Shown piece after piece: positions 41,111 through 51,178 of a DNA stretch of 64,000 nucleotides (position 1 is the stretch's first letter; each line of letters starts with the position of its first letter). The stretch is from NCBI GenBank assembly GCA_028534125.1, contig CM052828.1, positions 2,170,001 through 2,234,000 of the forward strand, read 5' to 3'. The position numbers and the translations under genes are program-made. Source of the DNA: Lama glama (taxonomy: Eukaryota). The notes beneath the pieces are model-generated. The model did no database searches, was not told where the DNA came from, and worked only from the letters and a program-made list of their open reading frames with translations.

Positions 41111-42185
41111 CGTGGACCCCGGGGTGTGACCTGTGCCAAGGCCCAGCACCCGAGGGAACCTTTTATCTCACCCGCATGTTGGGGCCTGGGGTGGAGTCCA
41201 CTCCTGTTGACACCAGTTGGTGAGCAGTCCTGGGAGCCTTCCCCAGAGAGCCAGGAGCGAGGGCCAAGTGGTGCGGGCTTCTGACCCTGCCCTGTCCATC
41301 CCCACAACAGTTCGGTGTTAAGTGGAGTGTGTTCTCAGTTTAGCCTGGTCGAGAGAAAGAGCCCAAGTGATAAAAATGATAAATAATTAAAATGTAGTTA
41401 AGGTAATTCCCATGGTGCACCTACACAATTCTCTACAATGTGATTTCACTTTCTACTGATTTTATTCATCAAAGATTTCAAATTACTTAAAATCCCCAAA
41501 GTCCTAACTCCCTGGCGATTGATACCACATTGTCTGTAGCTGGTTGGTCCTGGGGGAGTCCACCCTACTTGGCAGGCTTGTAACACAGGCCCTTACACAG
41601 ATGTTAGATGTGTCATGTAAAAAAATTAATATTGCTTGACAAAAATAATGATTTTGTCACACTTTTTAAGAGGAGTCTCAAATCTGAGAGTCTCTCTTTA
41701 GCCCAAAATGGTTTTTACACAAAGGTACCTAATCATTTTTACTGCCAACCTTGAAGCCTATAAACACCCTGAAGGAATGATGAATGCTGAGTTAACCAGG
41801 TGTCTTGTGTCTCGGAGCCGGGCTAGTTAAAGCTGCAGACCCGATTCCCAGACAACCTGTGGGAGATGGTCGCACCCCACCCCTGCACCTCTGCCAGTCA
41901 GCTTTGTCCTTTCCAAGCACTTTAAAACACGTTTTACATCTTATCTTCTATATTCACCCTACAAAAAAAGAATTTTATTTAAGTTTGAATCCTATGTCTG
42001 GTCATAAATTGTACTTTTCCCCATAAAAACCTATGAAACCACACCTGTGAGGCTGCGATCCTAAGTAGACGAGGGTTAGCACAGGTGTTTCTCTTTTTCA
42101 TAACAAAGCCAGACTCTGCACTGAGGGAAAGCAGCTTGGCTCATTACAATTCAAAACAGCCAAAGAATAAAAACACAAATTTCTT

Positions 42186-42338
42186 CTGCAGAGCACAGGG
42201 AACTATATTCAGTATCTCTAGTCACCTATAATGAAAACATATGAAAACGAATATACGTGTGGGTATGGATTTCTGAGATGGGGTGCTGTACGCCAGAAAT
42301 TGACACATTGTAACTGACTGTACTTCAATAAATAAAAG
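42186..42338 (+). mobile_element. Cetartiodactyl-type L1 3' end
   Basis: agcacagggaactatattcagtatc...gctgtacgccagaaattgacacattgtaactgactgtacttcaataaa. Confidence 0.75.
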
Positions 42339-42555
42339 TACAGTATACAGGAGCAAAAAAAGCCAAGGGTAAGGACACTCTGGCTCAATAAATAAACTGA
42401 TCAGTCTGCTGCTGGGCCAAAGTCGGGCACTAAGGCAAGCGCAGGACCTGGGGAGGCTCACTTGCTTCACCCCAGCCCTGGCTCTAGTGTAGAAGAAACA
42501 TTAATTAAGGAAGGCCAATCAAATACCTGTAAACAAATTATTTATGTATATTTCC

Positions 42556-42702
42556 ATGCAAATAAAAACTACAATGAAGTACCACCTCACGCCGGTCAGA
42601 ATGACCATCATTAAAGAGTCTGCAATAACCAATGCTGGGGACGGTGTGGAGAAAAGGGAACCCCCGAAACTGCCGGTGGGGATGTACACTGGTGCCGCCA
42701 AC
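42556..42702 (+). mobile_element. L1 ORF2 C-terminal fragment
   Basis: Translates as MQIKTTMKYHLTPVRMTIIK...AGDGVEKREP, typical of the L1 ORF2p C-terminal region. Confidence 0.85.
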
Positions 42703-42929
42703 TGTCTCTCATTGGCTCTAGCTGGATGGGGCGCTTTCTCGACGTAGTCACCGTGGACAGGAGATACTATTCTGATTTGCTAGGACTGAACCCCTCATGC
42801 ACCCCAGACTGCAGCGTCTACACTACCTGCAAGACTGGGCCTGAGAGTGGACATTGGGACACTTTCACTGGAAGAAAGGGAAGTGAATGGTACCTGACTG
42901 AACAAGAAAGTTCCCTCCAGTGTGGCCTG

Positions 42930-44218
42930 AGGGGTCACATCCCTTTCACCCACCTCTTAGCATCTGTATCCCGCCTTGCGCTGCCGACTCGAACTCTGGT
43001 CTCTGTGCTCTGCCACTTTTTCTCTGGCGTAACTCACTTAAAAAAGATTTGGAAGGTAAACAGCACAAGAAATCAAATGGAATTTGCCCTGCTGGGTTTG
43101 GGCTTGTCTGGAACCCGGGATCCTTTGTTTTCCTTTCCAGTTGCTCCCTCTTGGATTGGGACCGTCTGTCCCGTGCCCATCCCACCATCGTACTTGGAAG
43201 CAGACAACTTCTTGTCTGGCTCCACAAGCTCACAGCTGAAGGAGAATGTTCCCCTGGATGATTCGCACAGTAGGTCTCACCTGTAACTGACCTGAATGAT
43301 CCAGATGATGAGACGTAGGGATTCGGGGTTGATGATATTTGGGTGAGATTTTTGGACTTAGAGTTGATGCTGAAATTAAGACTTTTGGGGATCTCAAGAT
43401 GGCAGAATGTATTTTGCATGAGGGAAGGACATGAATTTGGGGGAACCAGAAGGCAGACTGTTGTGAGTTAAATTGTGTCTCCCAGAAGGATAGGTGAAGC
43501 CCTCACCCATAGTATCTGTGAATGAGACCTTGTTTGGAAATAGTCTTTGGAGATGTTGCCAGGTTAAGATGAGGACATACTGGATTAGGGGGGGCCCCAA
43601 TCCCACTTGACTGGTGTCCTTAAGAGGAGGGAAGCCTGTACACTGGTAGAACAGGGAGGACGGCCACCTGAAGAGGCAGAGCCTGGAGCGATGCTGCCCC
43701 AAGCCAAGGATGCTCGGGCCTCCCCGAAGCAGGAAGCAGCAAGGAAGGGTCCTGCCCTCAAGGCTTTGGAGGGAGCACGGCCCTGCTGACGCCTTGATTT
43801 TTGACTTCTAGCCTCCATAACTGTGAGACAGTACATTTCTGTTGTTTCAAGTGTCCCCATAAGCCTCCCCTGCCCTGTTTTTGGTGCAGTCACCCCATAG
43901 TATCTGTGGGGGATTAGTCCCAGGATCCCCCCACGGATACCAACATCCACGGATGCTCAAGTCTCTTAGGCACAATGGTGTATTATTTGCATATGACCTG
44001 CACACATCCTCCATATGTTTAAAATCGTCTCTAGATTACTCATAATACCTAATGCAATGCCAGTGCTATGTGAATAGTTTCCAGGTTGGCAAATTCAAGT
44101 TTTGCTTTTTGGAAATTTCTGAATTTTTTTTACAAATATTTTCCACCCGTGATTGGTTGAATGTGTGGATAAGGAACTGTAGCTTCAGAGGGCTGACTGT
44201 CCCAGGAAACTAACAGAG
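42930..44218 (+). mobile_element. MaLR MLT1 element: internal 3' part plus LTR (from 43459), interrupted by MER2
   Basis: Polypurine tract aatttgggggaaccagaaggcagac|tgttgtgagtt; gaccttgtttggaaatag; ggccctgctgacgccttgatt...cagtacatttctgttgttt; end caggaaactaaca. Confidence 0.75.
43887..44199 (+). mobile_element. MER2-like TcMar-Tigger non-autonomous DNA transposon
   Basis: Terminal inverted repeats cagtca.../...tgactg; ggataccaacatccacggatgctcaagtc; ctctagattactcataatacctaat. Confidence 0.75.
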
Positions 44219-44235
44219 TCAAGTCTGGTGAACAG

Positions 44236-44241
44236 TTTATT
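44236..44241 (-). terminator. C1QTNF9 polyadenylation signal AATAAA
   Basis: tttatt on the + strand, ~475 nt past the stop codon. Confidence 0.7.
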
Positions 44242-44714
44242 AAACAACTGAGTTGAGTTGAATGGCGATTAAAACCCCGGGCAGACAACGAGCAGAGGAT
44301 CCCACAGCTTCCTGGGACGTGTCACTGCCACCAGCCTGAAGCTTCTCAGTCGGTGATGAGGAATACGCTTCCTTTTCTTCCCCTGTAATACCCTCTGGAG
44401 TTCAGCTGAGACAGAAGTCATCCCACGGCTCCTTCGAGCACCAGAGTGATACTAAAACACTCCTTCCACCGGGATGTGCAAAGGATTCTACAGAGGACGG
44501 GAATGAGGAAAAATATTAAATGAATTGTAACAGACAGGGCAGGAGTTTTTAAATTTGCTCTGGGAATGATAGCGAATTACGCAGGATCAGTTTTAGGAGT
44601 AACTTTCCAGCTTTCACCTTTTCATGGTTAGGACAGTAGTGATACAGTTAATGTAGTAAGATCATCAAACAACTGGTCAGGGGGCTGGGGAGGCAGATTG
44701 CCAGCCGCGCCCGG

Positions 44715-45487
44715 TCACGAGCTGCTGAACAGGAGGAACCCTGTGAAGGTCGTGTCGTCATCCTCGTCCGCGAACAGGCCGTTGAACCTCTCCCCGCCCG
44801 TCACCTGCAGCCACACCTCGTCCCCAAGCTTCAGCTGCAGGACGAGGCCGCCGGACGCCTGGTCCTCAGAGCTCATGTACCCATCCTTGGTGTGCAGCAT
44901 TTTTACCCCGTTTTTGACCAGGGACACCTGGACGTTCCTGGAGAAGACTGTGACATGGTAGGTGAAGTAATAGGCCCCGGCGATGTGGCAGGTGAATTTC
45001 CCCGTGGCCACGTCGTAGTGGTTGAACTCATTGTACAGGATCCTGTCGAATCTGATGGGGACATCCGACGGCGGGAACTTGCTCAGCACCGTGAGCCCCA
45101 CGGTGAAGGCGCTTTTGGGCAGGACTGGAGTCTCACCAATTTTCCCTTTTTCTCCTCGGTCCCCTTTCCAGCCTCTCACTCCCCGGACCCCTGGCTCACC
45201 CTGGGGCCCCAGGGGTCCAGGGTCTCCCTTGGGACCAGGCTTGCCCACGGGGCCCACGGGGCCGGGTAAGCCTGTTGGGCCCGAAGGCCCAGTGCTGCCC
45301 TTTGGCCCGTCTGGACCAAGGGGCCCCACGTCACCCTTCTCCCCCTTCTGCCCTGGGGGGCCCACGTCTCCTCTGAGGCCTTTCTCTCCCACGGGGCCCA
45401 CGAGTCCCTTTGGCCCGTGTTTCCCTGGGGGTCCTCTGGCGCCCTGATCGCCTTTCATGCCCTTTGCTTCAACGTTTCCATCTGCCC
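44715..45487 (-). CDS. C1QTNF9: C1QTNF9 last coding exon (773 nt): collagen domain and globular C1q domain
   Basis: acttag|(G)ADGNVEAKG...KSAFTVGL...[14 protein letters not shown]...[14 protein letters not shown]; 166+63+773 = 1002 nt = 333 aa. Confidence 0.97.
45055..45447 (+). other. PCOTH: PCOTH-like (C1QTNF9B-AS1-type) antisense ORF, 130 aa, overlapping the C1QTNF9 last exon
   Basis: [52 protein letters not shown]... closely resembles human PCOTH as I recall it; whether it is expressed cannot be seen from sequence. Confidence 0.45.
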
Positions 45488-46324
45488 CTAAGTAAGACAA
45501 GAAAGAACAGAGGAGGGGATGCTGTGTGAAAACAACCTTGTTTTTCCTATTTTCAAGCCTACGAACGAGATAAAGACATGCGCAGGTTCAGCATGAGCGC
45601 AGGGTTGGAAAGTTGACTCCTAACTTGCACACAAACCATGCTTGGACTTGGATCCCCTCAGTCGGCATTCGGACTCACATGAGAAATGACAGGTCCTGGC
45701 GTCTGAGTCTGACCGCCAGCGGTGCCTGTCCTGAAAGGACACATCTTTGGAGGAGGGGGCGGCAGAATGACTCGGGCGCTTCAGTACCTGCCGTGCAGTC
45801 CTAAGGATGCGGTGGCCCCTGAGAAGCTCCTCCCGGGACTGAACACAGATTCCTGGACTCAGATGGTGCACCTCACTCGCTACCGGCCACCAGCCCGTCC
45901 ATCGTGCCAGCGCATTGCCCCGTCCTGCTTCTGCGTGTCCCCCAGGGCCTCCCACCCCCCATGCCCCGACGGGAGAGCCGTGCCGACGAGCCCGGACCCT
46001 GGAGGGAGGTGCCGGGACCCAGCCCTGTCTCCACCGCTCACACACTCACCCACGCCCACCTAAACCGTCTCCGCCCCGTGAAGCTAGGGTGATGAACTGC
46101 CTCCTTTAGAGGCCGTGGTAGTGAGTGAGTCAGTACGTGGAAGGCACTTAGCACAACCTGGCACGCGTGAACATTATCCGTCTCTGCCACGACGACCATG
46201 CTCCCTCCCCACCAGTGACAACGGCCAGCGTCCTCCCCGCCCTCCAGTGCCAGCTCAAGGGCCACCTTCTCCTGCAGGGCTGGGTCAGGACCCAGTGGCC
46301 CCCTCGGGGCCCAGCGGCTAAATC

Positions 46325-46615
46325 AGGCTTCAGTAAACGGTGGCGCACAGGCCACATCCTGCCTCCACCTATTTTTGTATGGCCTGCAAGCTAAGAATGG
46401 TTTACATTTTTAAGCAGTCACAAAGAATGTCCCACCATCGGTGACAATTATATAAAACTCAGGCTTCACTGGAACACAGCCCCACCTCCTAACACATTGT
46501 CCACGTGGCTTTTCCTACGACGGCAGAGCTGAGTAGTTGTGACTGAGACCGAGTGGCCCACAAAGCTGAAAATATTTACTGTCTGGCCCTTCACGGAAAG
46601 TCTGCCCGTCTCTGC
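46325..46615 (+). mobile_element. MER58-like hAT-Charlie DNA transposon
   Basis: gctaagaatggtttacatt; ggcagagctgagtagttgtgac...cacaaagctgaaaatatttactgtctggcccttcac. Confidence 0.75.
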
Positions 46616-46777
46616 ACTGAATCCGGAGCAGCTGCAGAGCAAGCACTGGGTGGCCTTCATCACCGGGTCATCCTCAGAACCTCGTAAGGGACTGGGCCTT
46701 GGTAAACACGTAATAATCCTCATGAACACACTGACAGCTCAAAGGAGAGTGCAGCAGAGTGGAGAGCCACCTCTGAC

Positions 46778-46840
46778 CTGGTTCTCCTTTCTCTCCGGCC
46801 ATCCCGTCCTTCCCTGGACCACCTGGATGTCCTGGTTCGC
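46778..46840 (-). CDS. C1QTNF9: C1QTNF9 second coding exon (63 nt, Gly-X-Y)
   Basis: caccag|(G)EPGHPGGPGKDGMAGEKGEP(G)|gtcaga; phase 1 on both sides. Confidence 0.95.
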
Positions 46841-46991
46841 CTGGTGGAAGGTGGGAAAACAGGAGAGAGTTAAAACTGCATTGTTTAATAAACAAAAAAC
46901 AAACAAACAAAAATTCCAGTTTCAGTTTCCCATGGGTCCCAGTCAGTGACAGAGGGTGGGGAGTCTGGGGAGCCCCAGCCGGACTCGCACG

Positions 46992-47140
46992 CAGGTGGGG
47001 CAGGTGGGGACAGGTGGGGGCAGGTAGGGCAGGTGGGGACAGGTGGGGACAGGTGGGGGCAGGTGGGGACAGGTGGGGGCAGGTGGGGCAAGTGGTGGCG
47101 GGTGGGGGCGGGTGGGGACGGGTGGGGCAGGCGGGGGTGG
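46992..47140. repeat. G-rich minisatellite, ~15 units of 9-10 bp, CAGGTGGGG(A/G)
   Basis: Read directly; units degenerate to CGGGTGGGG towards the right end. Confidence 0.95.
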
Positions 47141-48324
47141 GCAGCAGGCGCTGAGAGTGCAGAGAAGCGGGTTGTAAAGCGGGCCGGTGGGCGCTCCAAG
47201 CACCCAGCTCCAGGAAGGCAGGCCGAGAAGAGGGTGTGCGCATCGTCACGACTGCGTGGTTCTTGTGTGATGGGGGCTCGGGAGTGACTGAGCATGGGGA
47301 CGTGGGGCAGCTTCCTCACCTCTCCTTTCTGCCACTCTGTGGGGAGCGGAGTGGGAGGCCTACTGGCCTCCAGTGAATGTGCACATGACCTTGGTTACAC
47401 GACGCTATTTGGGATGGAAGGGTGGGTTCCAGAAGGATCTCTCTGGCTCCCGAGAGCGGTGGTCAAGGTGTCTGTGACCCACTGGACACCAGGCTGTGAA
47501 GTTTTGCTGACTACACAGGGGTCCTGATGCTCTGAATGGGCTGCCCTGGGCACCAGCTTCCCGTGTTATGTCCTCAGGACAGAAATGGCTCCAGGCGAGG
47601 TGACAGAGCTCAGGAGGCCACAGTTCACCTGGGCCCTGGTGTCCACCAAACAGCAGGCCGTGAACGTCAGCCCCGCCGACGGGCGGCTGCCAGGGATGGG
47701 GGGGACGCGGCCTTTTCCAGGTCTTGACACAGTGCTGACTGCAGGTGGGGCGGGAGCCCGAGGCCCCGGGGCCCTGGGGTCGCTGACCCCTCGTGCTCCC
47801 TCTCGCTCCAGCCACCACTGCTCCCGAAGGATGTGTCTCCCTCTCCTTCCTTCTTTCAGTTTCCCTGCTTAATTCTCCCAGCTCTGCCCTCCTCTGAACG
47901 TGGCCTCCAGACTCTCCTGATTATGCACTTCCAGGGACAAAGAGTGAACGTGTCCCCTAATTAGAACGTGTAAGTCACCTACAGGCACTGTTCTAAACAC
48001 ATGTTCATCATAAACCATGCACACAAAACATCTGAAAACAAAGAAGTTAATTTTGAGCGTGGGAAATGCAATTGAATATCTTTCTAAGAAACATGTATGT
48101 TGTGTGTAACATATAGATAACATATGTGCTCCAAGAAAATTCATACAACTCGAGCGAGTGGCCACTACGGAGGAGCAGGGCAGACTCAGTAGGGGAGAGG
48201 TAGAGAAATTTGGTGTTGGATATATGAGCATTTGTCTTCTTTATTTCTCTCTCTATCCATTTATCTATCATCTTTTGTGTGTATAAAATATTTAATAATT
48301 TTTTTAATTAAAATCCCCCCAAAT

Positions 48325-48440
48325 GGGGGGGAGGGTACAGCTCAGTGGGAGAGCGTGTGCTTAGCATGTATGAGGTCCTGGGTTGAATCCCCAGCACGTC
48401 CTCTAACATAAATAAGTAAATAAACCTAATACCCCTCCAG
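48325..48440 (+). mobile_element. tRNA-Ala-derived SINE
   Basis: gggagggtacagctcagtgggagagcgtgtgcttagcatgtatgaggtcctgggttgaatcccc...aaataaacctaat. Confidence 0.85.
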
Positions 48441-49802
48441 AAGACCCAAGGACTATCAAAAGAGGCTTCTGAGTATTTATCATCAGATTTGGTGAAGCTG
48501 TTGTACAGCGTGACTGTTGCCGAGAAGAAAATGACACTGTGTTCAGGCTCCGCACGAGCCCTGAAACGCCCAACTGTGGTGCTTCTGTGAGCCCCGACCC
48601 CCACGGCGCATCGGCAGTCAGGACGAGGGCGTTTCAGTGAATACAAGTGCAAATCCGCCTGCCCACAGCTGTAGTAATTTCTAGGTTGGGCAGGAACACC
48701 TTGAGAGTCTGTCCGTCATCCTTGTTTTCCCTCCTAACGCACGTTCTGCTCCTATATGGTTCTTTACTGCTGGCGTCCAATCTGCCCGCAGCTCTCAGGT
48801 TTTTGCAGGATTTTAGGCACCCATCTGTGATAGTTCAACAGCAAATCTGAAAACCCCCTGGTCCAGGCACACTTTCTGCAAAACACCACTATTCCTGAAG
48901 GTCAGCGAACGTGGTGGGGTTCCGGCCAGCCTGCTCGCACTGCAGGCTGCCACTCCTCCACGGCACATGTGTCCGTCTAACGGTGGACCCAATGAAGCCA
49001 TTCACACCAATTCGCACAGTAAACATCTTCAAAGCTCAATTTTGTTCCTCTTTTAAAATTTATCTTTTAAAAATGTCAATAGAAGTTTTGAGATTTGCTT
49101 CCTGCACCCAGAGAGGTCATTGTTTATTCTTAGGTGTGTGACCCTATGGTCAGACCAGGGCTCAAGAACCCCATTCAAAACTAAGCTGCCAGTTGTTATT
49201 ATGGAAACCACTCCCACATCCTGGCTTTTGCAACTGTCCTTCCCAGCAATGGATTCAGTCCCCGAGTCCCCAGACCCCGGGGCGGGTCCTGGCACGTAAC
49301 TCAGGCACCTGAGTAGTGGCTGTGTGGCTCCAGGTCACCTCTCAGTCTCTGATTTCCATGCCACCTGCCTCATGGCGAGACCTCATCACTCTGGGGGCGC
49401 TCTGCCAAAGACCCAGCCATCGGACGTCTTTCCAGACCTCAGTGCCAAAGGTCCCTCATACCTGATGCCTGAGGCAGAAAGATCTATGACATCACATGCT
49501 CCTGAAAACAACCCAGTAATATTGGAAATGATGCTGGGCAAACAGGTAGCCCCACTGAATGGCAAAGCCCATGGGGATGGGGTTCCTGATGGCTCATGCT
49601 GCACTGGACCCCACGCCCAGCCTGCATCTGGCTGGAGCAGGCTCTCTGTAGTGTTTTCTGGGCAATGGAGGGAGGGAGGGAGGGAGAGAGGTAAGCAGAC
49701 AGGCACTGAGCACACAGGCGATGGGTGGATGAAGGAATGAATGAATGAGGTAAAAGGAAGGAGGATGAACCAAGGGCAGGTGTAGGTGCAAGTCATGGGT
49801 AC

Positions 49803-49968
49803 CTGAATCCCCCTTGTCACCCTTCGCTCCATCTCGTCCATCCCTTCCAGGCAATCCATTGTGACCAGGGTTCCCTGGGACGCCAGGGTGGCCCTGCCGG
49901 CAGGTGTCCTGTGAGTTCCCAATCCCTGCCCAGACTCCGGAGACAAGCAGGAGGCACCAGATCCTCAT
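49803..49968 (-). CDS. C1QTNF9: C1q and TNF related 9 (CTRP9), first coding exon: signal peptide, conserved Cys, start of collagen domain (166 nt)
   Basis: [55 protein letters not shown](G)|gtaccc; acceptor at 49990-49992; in-frame TGA 6 nt before the ATG; A at -3. Confidence 0.96.
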
Positions 49969-50419
49969 AGTTCAGACAATAGAGTGGAACTGAAAGAGGG
50001 AAACACAGACACAGGGAGAAACTTTCATCGCCAGGACCTCGGACACAGCTTCTGCTCTCTGTGGAGGAACCCGGACCCCCCCCACCCTGGCTGGACCTGG
50101 ACAGAAGGGTCAGGGTGAGTCAGGGTGGGAGCTGGTAACAGACCCAGCTGCTTATAATCGAAGGACGTTGTCCTTGGAAGGACTCTTGTGACTGGGGCGA
50201 CTCTTGATGGTGAGTCAGTAGTCGAGGAGAGAGCTCACTTCCAAGTCAGGAAACCCCCACTGACCATGTCAATTTGGGCAAATATCCTTCAACTGACCTT
50301 GTCACTTTGGGCAGACCACTTTTTGGAGCCAGAGAAGAGATGAATGCTTACCTCACGGGGCTGCTATAAAAACCAAATTGGATTACAGTGTGCATGAACA
50401 CGTTTTAAATAGTAAGGCA

Positions 50420-50762
50420 AACGTAGAATTAGCGTTTGATCCAGCAACCCCACTGCTGAGTATACACGCGAAAGAACTGAGAGCAGGGATTCCTGCAGGT
50501 GTTTCTACACCACGTCCACGGCAGCATGACCCACAGTCGCCAAAAGGCGGAGAGCGCCCACGTGTCCACTGACACGAGTGGATAAACAAATGTGGTCCAT
50601 CCACACAATGGGTAAGATTCAGCCTTAAAACAGAAGGAAATTCAGACACCTACTACAACATGGATGAAACTTAGTGAGCTAAGCCAGTCACAAAAGGACA
50701 AATAGTGTATAATTTCACTTATATGAGGTTCAGATAGTAAAGTTCAGAGACAGAAAGCAGAA
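50420..50762 (+). mobile_element. L1MB-like 3' fragment
   Basis: gatccagcaaccccact...ggataaacaaatgtggt...ctacaacatggatgaa...aagccagtcacaaaaggacaaata. Confidence 0.8.
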
Positions 50763-51178
50763 AGGTCGATTCCAGACCACCGCAGTGAGGTGAATCTCAC
50801 AAAAGATGGAGCCACACAGACTTCTTGGCTTCCTGTGCGCAGAGAAGCTATGTTCACACTACACTATAGTCTGTTCATGTGCGCTAGCATCATGTTTAAA
50901 AGCAATGTTCATACATTAATTTAAAAATTTTATTGCTAAAACCCGCTAACCATCATCTGAGCCTTCAGCGGGTCGCAGGAGTAACATCAAAGGTCACTGC
51001 TCACAGGTCACCGTTGCAAAAGTCCTAGCAATGACAATGCTTGAAATATTACTAGAATTACAGAAATGAGACACAGAGACATGACGTGAGACAATGTTCG
51101 ATGCAGGGTGGCCACAAACCTGTAATTCGTGAAAAAAATGCGCTCTCTATGCAGAGCAATAAAGCCATGGCTGCCTGT
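50763..51178 (-). mobile_element. Internally deleted Tigger1-type DNA transposon
   Basis: Minus strand begins caggcagcc...tttattgc...gtggccaccctgcatcga (Tigger1 5' end) and joins directly to gctgaaggctcagatgat...gcggtggtctggaa (3' end). Confidence 0.7.

Noticed and set aside
42726-43419. 186-aa and 157-aa ORFs between MIPEP and C1QTNF9
   Set aside because: Overlap decayed MaLR internal sequence; no recognisable protein
44698-44961. Second antisense ORF in the same frame as the PCOTH-like ORF
   Set aside because: TTG start and separated from it by stops opposite Tyr codons; a by-product of the sense C1q coding sequence
46992-47140. CRISPR-like repeat array
   Set aside because: Head-to-tail tandem units with no unique spacers, in a mammalian intron
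46674-47319. Cys/Pro-rich repetitive ORFs (PTCPHL repeats)
   Set aside because: Translations of the minisatellite; only 46778-46840 is a real exon
48325-48400. Apparent tRNA-Ala(AGC) gene
   Set aside because: Acceptor stem and B-box are degraded and it carries the SINE tail shared with other copies; it is a SINE, not a tRNA gene
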